Assembly (NCBI GenBank): GCA_050115495.1
Contig: JASFQK010000003.1
Span: 1 to 64,000, forward strand
Reading direction: 5' to 3'
DNA from: Phycisphaerae bacterium
Lineage (GTDB): Bacteria; Planctomycetota; Phycisphaerae; UBA1845; Fen-1342
Length of the DNA stretch: 64,000 bases
Shown here: positions 9,015 to 18,579 of the stretch, one piece after another
Layout: every line of letters begins with the position of its first letter
Position numbering within the stretch: position 1 is the stretch's first letter
Program-made: the position numbers and the translations under genes
The notes under the pieces: model-generated
Databases searched by the model: none
What the model was told of the DNA's origin: nothing
Seen by the model: the letters and a program-made list of their open reading frames with translations, nothing else

Positions 9015-10256
9015 CTATTCCGCGGTGAGCGGTGGTCCGTCGGCGCTCCAGATGAGATCGCACACTGCGTCGTTCACGTACGTGTGACAGACGCCGTCGG
9101 GGCCACATTGGTTGGTCAGCGTGTCTCCACTGCCGTCGTCGAGGCGCCAGTAGCCGATGAGGTTCGGCGTGTTCGGATCGAGCCGCGACCAACGGGTGTC
9201 CCTGCTCACTTCCGCCGACCACCAGCGCATTTCCGCGACCCTCCCGGAGAAGTAGCGCCCAAATGTCAGCGATGTCCAGTCGATGGCCTCCCACCACGGA
9301 AGGGGCATGGGGGTTGGCAAGCCGTTGAACCCGGACTGGGTAACCCTCATCAAATGCTCACCGTCCAGGTAGACCGTCGCCGACCCCGGCCGCCAGGGAT
9401 TCGTCTTGTTGTAGACGAGTGTGATGTGGTGCCACTGCCCGGCCAGATCACGCGCGGTGGCGCAACCTTCGTGCGGGGCCACGTACAGCATCACCCTATC
9501 GTGTTTCGGATAGACACTGAGGGTCATCCAATCGCCTGCGTAGCTGATCAGCTTGCCGCCATCCCCCTCCGCCTTGAACCACACCTCGAACATGCAGACG
9601 TTGTTGTCGGTCTGCGTGGGCGAGAGGATCACCTCGTGGACGTCGCACATGTCCAGCGAACCGATGCTCCCACCGGCCACGATCCGCGTCGTCGACGTGC
9701 ATTCGAGGCCGGTCGTGGCCACCACGCGCAGCGTCGCGGTGTAGACGCCGGCCTGCTCGTAGGTGTGTGCCGGCGCCGGCTGCTCGTCGATGTCGCTGCC
9801 GTCGCCGAAATCCCAGTAGTGCGCGATGATCACGTCACCTTCGACGTGGCTGGTTGCCCCGTCGAACTGGACCGTCAGCGGCAGCGGGCCGGCGTTGGTG
9901 TCCGCCTGGAGGACAGCGACGGGGATCGCTCCAACCTGCACGTACACGCTGGCCGTGCCAACGTTGCCGTCCGCGTCGGTCACGCGCAACAGGATGATGT
10001 ACGTGCCGATTGTCTCATAGATGTGGGTGGCTTCCACCGTGTCGGCCATTGTGCCGTCACCGAAATCCCATTCGTACGTAAGTTCACGCGACACGGACGA
10101 CGTGGACGCGTCGCCGGAGACCTCCACCTGCAAGGGGGCCACGCCCACGGTCGCCGAGATCGTGATACGGGCCGTCACGAGTCCGTTGTACGATTGCCAC
10201 GGGCAGCCGTTGGCCAGCGACAGGGCCAGTACGGCCATGGGGATGAGACGTGTCAT
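9015..10256 (-). CDS. Lipoprotein with 2 PKD domains and a LamG-like domain (array copy 3)
   Basis: Lipobox LANGC and the same motif set as its neighbours. Confidence 0.88.
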   Translation of the reverse strand: MTRLIPMAVLALSLANGCPWQSYNGLVTARITISATVGVAPLQVEVSGDASTSSVSRELTYEWDFGDGTMADTVEATHIYETIGTYIILLRVTDADGNVGTASVYVQVGAIPVAVLQADTNAGPLPLTVQFDGATSHVEGDVIIAHYWDFGDGSDIDEQPAPAHTYEQAGVYTATLRVVATTGLECTSTTRIVAGGSIGSLDMCDVHEVILSPTQTDNNVCMFEVWFKAEGDGGKLISYAGDWMTLSVYPKHDRVMLYVAPHEGCATARDLAGQWHHITLVYNKTNPWRPGSATVYLDGEHLMRVTQSGFNGLPTPMPLPWWEAIDWTSLTFGRYFSGRVAEMRWWSAEVSRDTRWSRLDPNTPNLIGYWRLDDGSGDTLTNQCGPDGVCHTYVNDAVCDLIWSADGPPLTAE

Positions 10257-10321
10257 GACACACCTGCCTCTCGAACGATCTGACGCGGTTGCCGTCCGGC
10301 ACCGGCCGGCGCGGCGGACCG

Positions 10322-11563
10322 CTATCGGAAGTCTGGGCCGTCCGCACTCCAGACGGGATCACTGGGTTCGTCTCCCGGGCTGGTGTAGCAGACGCCGGGG
10401 ACGCCCAGTTGGTTCGTCAAGGTTTGTCCGGCACCATCGTCGAGGCGCCAGTAGCCGAGGAGGTTCGGGATGCTGGGGTCGAGCCGCCACCAACGGTAGC
10501 GCGTGGTCGTTTCTTCTGACCACCAGCGCAGCTCGGCAATCCTCCCCGAGAAACGATCGCCGACGGTCAACGATGTCCAGTCGATGTCGTCCCAGCCCGG
10601 CGGGCGCGTGAAGGTTTCATAATCACCGGGGCCCCAATGAGGGGCACCAAACAGATACTCCCCGTCCATGAACACTGCCGCGCTGCCCGACGGCAGGCGC
10701 GTGCTGTACAACAAGGCGATGTGGTGCCACTGTCCGGCGAGGTTAGGCACGGTGGCCCACTGCGTCTGGGGATCCATGTGCAGTTCCACGCTGTCGAGCT
10801 CCGGATGGAGCACCACGTACAGCAGCCCGTCGGCGAAGCGGAATAGCTGACCCCCGGCCGGATCCGCCTTGAACCACACCTCGAACATGTGTTGCTCGGT
10901 TGCGGTCTCCGGGATCGTGACGATCACCTTCTGCTCGCCGCTCAGGTCCAACGAGCCGATGCTCCCGCCGGCGGTGATCCTCGTTGTCGTCGTGCCCTCC
11001 CGCCCGGTTGTGGCGACCACGCGCAGCGTGACCGTGTAGACGTTCGCCTGCTCGTACGTATGTGCCGGAGCCGGCTGCTCGCTGATCTCGCTGCCATCGC
11101 CAAAGTCCCACGCGTAGGCGACGATCTCGGCATTGTCGACACGGCTTTCCGTGCCGTCGAACTGCACCATCAGCGGCAACAGATCGGCGTTCGTGTCTGC
11201 CAGGATGACGGCCGCGGGCGTCGCGTCGACGCGCACATCCACGCTCGCCGTGCCCACGTTCTCTGACGCGTCGGTCACGTGCAGCTCGACATGGTACATG
11301 CCGGGAGTGTCGTACGTATGGAGGACATCAAGCGTGTCGGCGGTTGTCCCGTCGCCCAGGTCCCATGCGTACGTGAGCGTGCCGACGGGAATTGACGTCG
11401 ACTCGACGCCGGAGATCTTCACCAGTAGGGGGGCGAGTCCCGTGGCGGAGGAGATGGTGATCCGGGCGGTTACGGGGTCGGTGGGTACTTCGTCCGTCGG
11501 CCCCCGCGGACAGCCGCCGGCCAGCCCCAGGGCCAGCGCGGCTGCGCACAGCAGACGTTTCAC
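10322..11563 (-). CDS. Lipoprotein with 2 PKD domains and a LamG-like domain (array copy 2)
   Basis: GTG start, lipobox LAGGC and the same motif set. Confidence 0.88.
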   Translation of the reverse strand: MKRLLCAAALALGLAGGCPRGPTDEVPTDPVTARITISSATGLAPLLVKISGVESTSIPVGTLTYAWDLGDGTTADTLDVLHTYDTPGMYHVELHVTDASENVGTASVDVRVDATPAAVILADTNADLLPLMVQFDGTESRVDNAEIVAYAWDFGDGSEISEQPAPAHTYEQANVYTVTLRVVATTGREGTTTTRITAGGSIGSLDLSGEQKVIVTIPETATEQHMFEVWFKADPAGGQLFRFADGLLYVVLHPELDSVELHMDPQTQWATVPNLAGQWHHIALLYSTRLPSGSAAVFMDGEYLFGAPHWGPGDYETFTRPPGWDDIDWTSLTVGDRFSGRIAELRWWSEETTTRYRWWRLDPSIPNLLGYWRLDDGAGQTLTNQLGVPGVCYTSPGDEPSDPVWSADGPDFR

Positions 11564-11628
11564 AATGCACCTGCCTTTCGATCGATCAGACGCGGTCCCC
11601 GTCCGTCGTCCGCCGACGTGGCGGGGTG

Positions 11629-12834
11629 CTACTCGATATCCGGGCCGTCCGTGCTCCAGGCTGGATCGGACGCCTCAGTGGCCTGGCTAGTGCCGCGTAC
11701 GCCGGCGGGACCGGCGTCGTTCGACAGACTCTGCCCGCTGCCGTCATCGAGACGCCAGTAGCCGATGAGGCCCGTCTCGGACCCCGAGAGCCGCTGATCG
11801 TAGGCGGCCGAAATCTGGGCGGCGGTGCGAACGACCGACCACCACCGCACGTCGGCGATCTTGCCCGCGAAGCCGAGGCCGAGCGTCAACGCCGTCGGGT
11901 CAACGTTCCCGTTGCCGGCCGCCGTGGTGAGGGCGGCGCCGTCGAGGTACAGCGTGGCGTTGCCTGTTCCATCGTAGGCGAGTGCCACGTGTCGCCAGAG
12001 GCCAGACAGGTTGGCCGCCGCCGCATGATAGCTCGTGCCAGCGATCTGGAAGCGGATCTCGTTGTCCGCCGGATCGACCTCGATCGACAGCGTACCGCCG
12101 CCGATGCCGACCAGCGTGCCGCCGCCCGCCGCCGCCTTGAACCAAGCTTCGAACGTGCACGCCGTGGTCTCGGCCGCGACGGCCGTCAGCGTCGCCATCT
12201 GCGTGCCGTCGAATTGCAGCGAACCGACGCTCGCGCCCGCCGTGATCGTCGTGGTCGTTGTGGCCTCCAGCCCGCCGGCCGTAACGACGCGCAGCGTCAC
12301 CGTGTAGACGCCCGGTTCTTCGAAGCTATGTGCCGGAGCCGTCCGCCGGTCGGTCGCCGAGCCGTCGCCGAAATCCCAGTAGTAATCGCGGATCACGTCG
12401 TCGTCGGCGTAGCTGCCCGATCCGTCGAACACGACACCAAGTGGCACGAATCCGCTGTTCGTACTGGCCTCAATGACTGCCACCGGCGTGGCGGTGCCCT
12501 GGACACGGACGTCGACGCTCGTCGTGCCCACTTCGTCCGCCGCATCCGTCACGCGCAGCACGATCGTGTAGAGCCCGGGCGTGGTGTACGTGTGGCTGGC
12601 CAGAACCGTCTGGGCCGTCGCGTTATCGTCGAAGTCCCAGGCGAACGTCATCTCGCCAGCGTTGGTGGAGGTCGACTGCGCGCCTGACACGCTGACCGTC
12701 AGCGGCACCTCTCCGCTGGTGGCCGAGATGGCGATCTGAGCCGTGACGGCGGAGGTGGAATCATCCGACGACTGGTTCGGGCAACCACCAGCCAGGCACA
12801 GTGACAACAGCCCCAGCGAGACGAACCACTTCAT
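11629..12834 (-). CDS. Lipoprotein with 2 PKD domains and a LamG-like domain (array copy 1)
   Basis: Lipobox LAGGC, WDF(D/G)D twice and a canonical LamG C-terminus RLSGSETGLIGYWRLDD. Confidence 0.9.
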   Translation of the reverse strand: MKWFVSLGLLSLCLAGGCPNQSSDDSTSAVTAQIAISATSGEVPLTVSVSGAQSTSTNAGEMTFAWDFDDNATAQTVLASHTYTTPGLYTIVLRVTDAADEVGTTSVDVRVQGTATPVAVIEASTNSGFVPLGVVFDGSGSYADDDVIRDYYWDFGDGSATDRRTAPAHSFEEPGVYTVTLRVVTAGGLEATTTTTITAGASVGSLQFDGTQMATLTAVAAETTACTFEAWFKAAAGGGTLVGIGGGTLSIEVDPADNEIRFQIAGTSYHAAAANLSGLWRHVALAYDGTGNATLYLDGAALTTAAGNGNVDPTALTLGLGFAGKIADVRWWSVVRTAAQISAAYDQRLSGSETGLIGYWRLDDGSGQSLSNDAGPAGVRGTSQATEASDPAWSTDGPDIE

Positions 12835-13057
12835 TTACACACCTACCTTGTTATCCGCCCGGCGCGGCCGGCACCGTCCGTCCATCGGTCCGGCTGACCA
12901 CGCCCCGGGAGGGCACACCCATTATACGTCCGGCGGCCAGTGCGTGTCCCGGTAGCCGCTGGCGTTCGACGGGGCCCCCAGCCCCGCATAGAATGCTCCA
13001 TCGAGCCGCTGGCGGCGTGGTCGCTGCCGTCGAATCCGCATAGAACAGGACAACCGC

Positions 13058-14110
13058 ATGGCGTCGAAGCTCTCCGACCTCACCGGACAGCTCGCCGAAC
13101 TGGCCGAGCACTACGACACGCATTCCTGCTGGCCGCAGCGCTCGATGGACATTTTGGGAGAGTCGGGGTGCTGGCGCTGGGCCATTCCGAAGCGGTGGGG
13201 AGGCCTCGGGCTCGGCGACGTCGGCCTGCTCGAAGCCTACGAGGCGGTGGCCCACGGCTGCCTGGCCACGGCCCTTATCCTCACCCAGCGTGACGGTGCC
13301 TGCGACCTGATCGCCCGTGGTGCCAACGACGGCCTGCGCAAGCGCCTCCTGCGGGCCTACGCCCGGGCCGAGCGCTTCACCTCGATCGGCATCGCCCAGC
13401 TCAGCACGTCGCAGCACGGCCGCAAGCCGGCCCTCATCGCCAAGCGCGTGGGCCGCGACTACATCCTCGACGGCGTAATGCCCTGGGTGACCGCCGCCGA
13501 GCATTGCGACGAGATCGTCACCGGGGCCGTCCTGGCCGACGGCCGCCGCATAATCGCCTGCGTCTCCTGCGAAGACCCCGGCGTTACCTGCGAACCGCCG
13601 ATGCAGCTCATGGCCCTCGGCGCCTCGTGCACGAGCCGCGTGCGCTGCCGGGCCGTGCGTGTGCGGCCGGTGGACCTAGTGACCGGCCCCGGCGAGCAGA
13701 CGCCCACGATGCGAGCTCCGGTCAAGCCGCTGGTCGTGTCGGCGGTGGGCATCGGCCTGGCCGGCGCCCTGGCCGATCGTCTCGGCCGTTGCCGCGCATC
13801 AGCCGAGCTGAAGTCACATGTGCGGACGCTGCTGCGAGCGTATCGCCGCGTGCGCGGCCGGTTGTATGCGGCGGCGGAAAGCGTCGGACAGCGGAACGCC
13901 GATGTCGGCGTCAGCTCCATCCGCGTCAGCGTGAACGACCTCGTCACGCGCCTGGGCATGGCTCACCTGCTGCTGAGTAAGGGCACCGGCTACGCCCAGC
14001 CGCACGCGGCGGAGCGCCTCCTGCGCGAAGCGATGTTTTTCCTGGTCTGGTCCGCGCCGGCGGAGGTGCAGGACGAAACGCTGCGCATGTTGGTCAGCGG
14101 CCTGGGTTGA
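13058..14110 (+). CDS. Acyl-CoA dehydrogenase-family flavoprotein
   Basis: IPKRWGGLG, YILDGVMPWVT and C-terminal KGTGY...AERLLREAMFF. Confidence 0.8.
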   Translation: MASKLSDLTGQLAELAEHYDTHSCWPQRSMDILGESGCWRWAIPKRWGGLGLGDVGLLEAYEAVAHGCLATALILTQRDGACDLIARGANDGLRKRLLRAYARAERFTSIGIAQLSTSQHGRKPALIAKRVGRDYILDGVMPWVTAAEHCDEIVTGAVLADGRRIIACVSCEDPGVTCEPPMQLMALGASCTSRVRCRAVRVRPVDLVTGPGEQTPTMRAPVKPLVVSAVGIGLAGALADRLGRCRASAELKSHVRTLLRAYRRVRGRLYAAAESVGQRNADVGVSSIRVSVNDLVTRLGMAHLLLSKGTGYAQPHAAERLLREAMFFLVWSAPAEVQDETLRMLVSGLG

Positions 14111-14884
14111 AGCGCGGTCAGAAGCGGATAGCATGCACGCGCGCACTCGAATCGCCGCGACGGATCAGCGTCAGGATGCGGCAACGGGAGCCGTGTTCGC
14201 GGTCGCCCGGCCGTCCTGATGGTGTGCGATTGTGGAAGTTATGGGTCCATGTTAGCCGGGCCTCGCGGGTGTTGGATGGGCCGCTCGCCGCGCCCGGACC
14301 AGAATTCCCGGCCGTAGTGTCCGAGGTTCTCGCGATCTTCACGAAGCGCTCAGGTTCCCGTTTATTGTTGGCGATTCCCCTATTATGTCGATGTGGGCCA
14401 CACGCTACACTGGGGCCCAACGAGAGCCGGAAGGCATGTGGCCTTTGTGACGACTCCAGGCGGCTCGTTCACCCAGGTTGTCGGTGCGGACGCGTTCAGG
14501 ACGATGTTTGTTTCGCTGTTGTCTCTTCTCAATGTGCTCGCGGCTCCGGCCGCCGTGCAGACCGAGGCAGCGTCGTTGCATGCAACCTCCGGTTGAACGC
14601 GATGGCATCGTCGGCGAACGGTCCTGGGACGCGCAGTCCGACCTGCGAGTTCTCCATTACCCAGGTGTGTCGGCGGCCGCCCGGGGGCGTGCCCTCGCCA
14701 CAACGCATCCCCGCGACATACGAAGCCGCAGCAGGACAGCAGGCCGCATGTTCACCTTGATGTCTCGGGCAGGGAAGCCGACCAGGACCGAGGTTCCTCA
14801 CGGGCACCATGAACGTCGGCCGGTGATGGCGAGCGCAGTGTGGCGGCGGTTGTTGCCGTGGGCTGGCGCTCGGTGGGTGTGTCC

Positions 14885-16366
14885 GTGAGCAGCGTAACCG
14901 CAAAGCTGCACAAGCTGCGAGGTCTCGTCGAGCGGGTTATCCCCATGGGGCCGTTTGCCCGCAGCGTGGCCGTGGTCGGCGGGGGAACCGGCCTGGGCTA
15001 CGGTATCGTGCTGGCGGCCTCGCCCATCGTCACACGCTTGTACTCGCCGACCGATTTCGGCGTGTTCGGCGTGTACATGTCCATCGTCGCGATGGCGCTG
15101 ATCGTCATCAGTTGGCGGTACGAGCTGGCGATCCCGGCTCCCGAGGACGATAACCGCGCGGCCAACGTGCTGGTCCTGGCGCTGACGCTCGTTGTGTGCA
15201 TGAGTGCCGTGATCGGTGTCGGCTTGTGGCTGCTCGGCAGCGTTCTGCTGTACTGGCTGGACGCGCCGAGCCTGCGCCCCTATCTATGGCTCGTTCCGCT
15301 GAACACGCTGATCGGCGGCTTCTACGGCGCCCTTCAGGTCTGGTGCGTGCGCAAGAAGTCCTTCGCCGCGATCGCGCGGAGCAAGCTGTCGCAGGCCGTG
15401 GGGGCGGTCGTCGTACAGGTGGGGATCGGCCTGTTCTTGCTGGGGCCGCTGGGGTTGCTGATCAGCCACATCGTGCGCTGGGGCGGAGGCAGCACCACGT
15501 TGGGCCGTGCCGTCTGGCGTGGCAGCGCGGCCAGCCTCAAGCAGGTGTCGCCGAAAGGCGTGCTGGACGTGGCTCGGCAGTACCACCGTTTCCCCATGTT
15601 CTCGATGTGGTCCGCCTTGCTGAACAACGTCAGCGCGCAATCGCCCATATTGCTGTTGTCGGCCTTCTTTGGCGGCACGCCGGTGGGGTGGTTCGTCCTG
15701 ACCAGCCAGGTGTTGCGCACGCCGCTGGTCTTCGTCGGCCAAGCCATCAGCCAGGTGTTTTTCTCCAGTGCCAGCGAGGCGAGTCGCAAGGGGCAGACCG
15801 CCGGCATCACGCTCCGCGTCTTCACCGGACTGATGTCGATCGCAGCCCCGTACGTGGCGCTGCTGATGATCACCGCGCCGGAGGTCTTCGGACTGATCTT
15901 CGGCCGGGCGTGGACCATGGCTGGCGTGTTCGCCCAGTTTCTGGGCCCGTGGCTGCTGATTGTGTTCGCGGCAACGCCGGTGACGTCACTCGTGTACGTG
16001 CTTGAGCGCCAGCGTGGGGATCTGGTCTTTCAGACCTGCCTGCTGCTCGGACGCGTGGTGGTGCTGACCATCGGTGGTCAGCGCCACGACGTGTTGCTGG
16101 CCATGGCGCTCTTCGGGGCCGTGAGTGCCGCGATGTGGTTCGTGTACATGCTGTGGCTGCTGCACGTCAGCGGCAATCACCCACGGGACGGCCTCATCTG
16201 CATGGGCAAGAGCCTGGCGGCGGCACTGCCCGTGGTTCTGCCGGCGGCGGCAGCGAAGCTCCTCTTCGGTACGCCTCTCTGGGTCATGGCCGGGCTGATC
16301 ATCAGCGGTGCCTGGGCGACAGCAAACGTGGTGAAAGGGCTGCGCAATCGGGAGCGTTCATCATGA
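14885..16366 (+). CDS. Wzx-type oligosaccharide flippase (polysaccharide biosynthesis family), copy 1
   Basis: PIVTRLYSPTDFGVFG and RYELAI motifs with many TM segments. Start uncertain (14840, 14885 or 14945). Confidence 0.85.
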   Translation: MSSVTAKLHKLRGLVERVIPMGPFARSVAVVGGGTGLGYGIVLAASPIVTRLYSPTDFGVFGVYMSIVAMALIVISWRYELAIPAPEDDNRAANVLVLALTLVVCMSAVIGVGLWLLGSVLLYWLDAPSLRPYLWLVPLNTLIGGFYGALQVWCVRKKSFAAIARSKLSQAVGAVVVQVGIGLFLLGPLGLLISHIVRWGGGSTTLGRAVWRGSAASLKQVSPKGVLDVARQYHRFPMFSMWSALLNNVSAQSPILLLSAFFGGTPVGWFVLTSQVLRTPLVFVGQAISQVFFSSASEASRKGQTAGITLRVFTGLMSIAAPYVALLMITAPEVFGLIFGRAWTMAGVFAQFLGPWLLIVFAATPVTSLVYVLERQRGDLVFQTCLLLGRVVVLTIGGQRHDVLLAMALFGAVSAAMWFVYMLWLLHVSGNHPRDGLICMGKSLAAALPVVLPAAAAKLLFGTPLWVMAGLIISGAWATANVVKGLRNRERSS

Positions 16367-18033
16367 ACAACGTCAAGGTGTATACGCGGAAGGAACTGGA
16401 CTGGCGAACGGTCGGCGGGGCCCATGCCCGCGGCGGTGCGTTCTGGATCGACGGCGCGCAGGAGGCGGTGAACCTGCCGGAGGTGTTCGCCGCCACGAAC
16501 TCGGTGGACGACTTCGTCGCCACGGTGCGCCGACTCAACGGATTCCACACCATCATCGTCGAGCGCGACAGCGAAGTTTGGGCCGCCGTCGACCATACGC
16601 GCAGTTGCCTGCTCTTCTACGGTCAGCGCGACGGACAGCTCTTCCTGAGCGATGATGCGGAGTGGGTGCGTGCCAACGTCGGTGACGAGGAATTCGACGA
16701 TTTCACCGCCACCGAGTTCACGCTCACCAGCTACGTGACCGGTCCCGACACGCTCTATCCCAACGTCAAGCAGCTCCAGGCCGGCGACGTCCTGGTGCTG
16801 TCGCCGGGAGAGGGCAAAGTCGCCGTCCGCATCGTGCCGTACTACCGGCGGCCGTACGACAGCCCGATCGCCATCGAGGAACCCGAGTTGCAGCAGATGC
16901 ACCTGGAGATCCTCGAACGGGCGATGCGGCGGATGTTCTCGTGGGCCAACGGTCGCATGCTGTGCATCCCGCTCAGCGGCGGGCTGGACTCCCGGTTGAT
17001 TGCCCTGATGGTCAAAAGGCTGGGCTACGACCGCGTCATGGCCTTCTCGTACGGCAAGCCGGGCAACGCCGAGTCGGAGGTCAGCCGCCACATCGCCGAG
17101 ACCCTGGGAATACCGTGGCATTTCGTGCCGTACAGCAACGAGGCGTGGCGGCGCTGGTACCACTCTCCGGAGTGCAAGGAGTACTACCGGTTCGTGGACC
17201 GCATGAGCGCCGTGCACCATCCGCAGGATTGGCCGGCCGTGTGGGAGATGAAGCGCGGCGGCGTTGTTCCGGACGACGCCGTGTTCGTGCCGGGGCACGC
17301 CGCCGCCAGCACGTTCCGGTGGCTGCGTCACGAGGGCTCGAGCCTGAAGTATGGTTTCGGCGGTCCGCGGCAGCGCGTGCGGGGTGAGGAGGTCCTGACG
17401 CGTACAATCTTCCGCAGTCACTACCGGCTCGCGGACTGGAATCCGCGGAAAGGCGACCTCGGCGGGCGACTGGCCGACCGCATCATGCGGTGCAGCGAGG
17501 CCACGAGCCTGGAGACATTGGAGGAGGTCGAGCGGGCGATCGGAACGTGGTACTGGCGCGAGCGGCACACGAAGTTCATCGTCAACTCCGTTCGCGTGTA
17601 TGAGTTCTGGGGGTACGGTTGGTGGCTGCCGCTGATCGACCGGGAACTGCTTGACTTCTGGACTCGCGTGCCGGTCGTCTTCCGCCTGTTCAACCCGGAG
17701 CGCAAACCGGTGTACGACCGGCAGGTGCGGGAGATGTGGGCGGCCTTGCCGGGTGTGGCGGAGACGCCGACACCGGAGATGCAGCCCTCGCTTGCGCACC
17801 GCGTGGTTCGGTGGATCCGCGGCCACGGGCTCCACGTCATTCCGCTCTACCGGACGATGTGCAAGGTGCTCGGTCGCAGGTCCTTATACGACAGCCATCC
17901 GCTGGCCTATTACGGCATCATGACCCGGTCGCAGTTCCAGGAGTTCTACAACGGCCGGAACACGCTCTTCTATTTCCTGGTGATGGAGCGGCTGGGACGC
18001 ATCGCGTTTCGCGCCACGGACGACCCCGCTTAG
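16363..18033 (+). CDS. Asparagine synthase-like ATP pyrophosphatase/amidotransferase of polysaccharide loci
   Basis: PP-loop LSGGLDSR, VKQLQAG and VNSVRVYEFWG..WWLPL. Coupled to the flippase by an ATGA overlap. No N-terminal catalytic Cys. Confidence 0.8.
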   Translation: MNNVKVYTRKELDWRTVGGAHARGGAFWIDGAQEAVNLPEVFAATNSVDDFVATVRRLNGFHTIIVERDSEVWAAVDHTRSCLLFYGQRDGQLFLSDDAEWVRANVGDEEFDDFTATEFTLTSYVTGPDTLYPNVKQLQAGDVLVLSPGEGKVAVRIVPYYRRPYDSPIAIEEPELQQMHLEILERAMRRMFSWANGRMLCIPLSGGLDSRLIALMVKRLGYDRVMAFSYGKPGNAESEVSRHIAETLGIPWHFVPYSNEAWRRWYHSPECKEYYRFVDRMSAVHHPQDWPAVWEMKRGGVVPDDAVFVPGHAAASTFRWLRHEGSSLKYGFGGPRQRVRGEEVLTRTIFRSHYRLADWNPRKGDLGGRLADRIMRCSEATSLETLEEVERAIGTWYWRERHTKFIVNSVRVYEFWGYGWWLPLIDRELLDFWTRVPVVFRLFNPERKPVYDRQVREMWAALPGVAETPTPEMQPSLAHRVVRWIRGHGLHVIPLYRTMCKVLGRRSLYDSHPLAYYGIMTRSQFQEFYNGRNTLFYFLVMERLGRIAFRATDDPA

Positions 18034-18579
18034 GGCGTCGCCGAACGTCGGGCACGTTGCGACTGCGACCGGTGACGCGCTGGCGGCGTGACCGGTGTGG
18101 GGCGACTGGATGCGAACGCGGCGGCCACGCTGATGGACGAACAGCGCGCTCTTCTGCCGCGGCGGGTCAATCACGCAGCGGACACGCGAGAAAGAGAGCC
18201 CGCGCCTTGCGCCAATATTCACACAAGGGCGTCATTCTCGTGCTACACTAATAGTTGGAGAGGACCGGGTCGAACATGGTCTCACCAGCAACCTAGGACG
18301 CCAGGCCGCTGAGGCGGCGGGTGGCGATGCATCGTACCGTGCACAGATGCCGTCGTGGTACCCACGGTGTGCTACGCCGCCGCAACCGCGCCAGCGCCCA
18401 GTCTGAGCAACCTTCCGGGCGGCGGCATCGGGGCCGGCTGTACGCCTGGTTCGTACGGTACGTCAGGCATTTCGGCCGGAGTTGAAGCTGATCACAGGTG
18501 TATACCAGTGTCCGCTGGCAGCGGTCATTGTAACGGTGCGCGCGCAGCCTCCCCGACACGGCATCGTGGCGGCGGCGGA

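Larger units (their letters stand above)
8950..11628. repeat. Three homologous 65-nt intergenic spacers (8950-9014, 10257-10321, 11564-11628)
   Basis: All are exactly 65 nt with a 1307-nt period. 41 nt are identical between 8971-9011 and 11585-11625. Confidence 0.9.

Noticed and set aside
8950..9297. N-terminal extension of ORF 7720..9297
   Set aside because: It overlaps the neighbouring paralogue. The RBS, lipoprotein signal and paralogue alignment put the start at 8949.
7720..12834. Diversity-generating retroelement or invertase shufflon behind the variable LamG heads
   Set aside because: There is no reverse transcriptase, recombinase or template repeat in the window. The differences include indels and are not obviously adenine-specific.
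14111..14884. Possible gene or pseudogene (signal-like MFVSLLSLL and a DGIVGERSW peptidoglycan-binding-like peptide)
   Set aside because: The fragments are in different frames, are short and lack host codon bias. There is not enough support.
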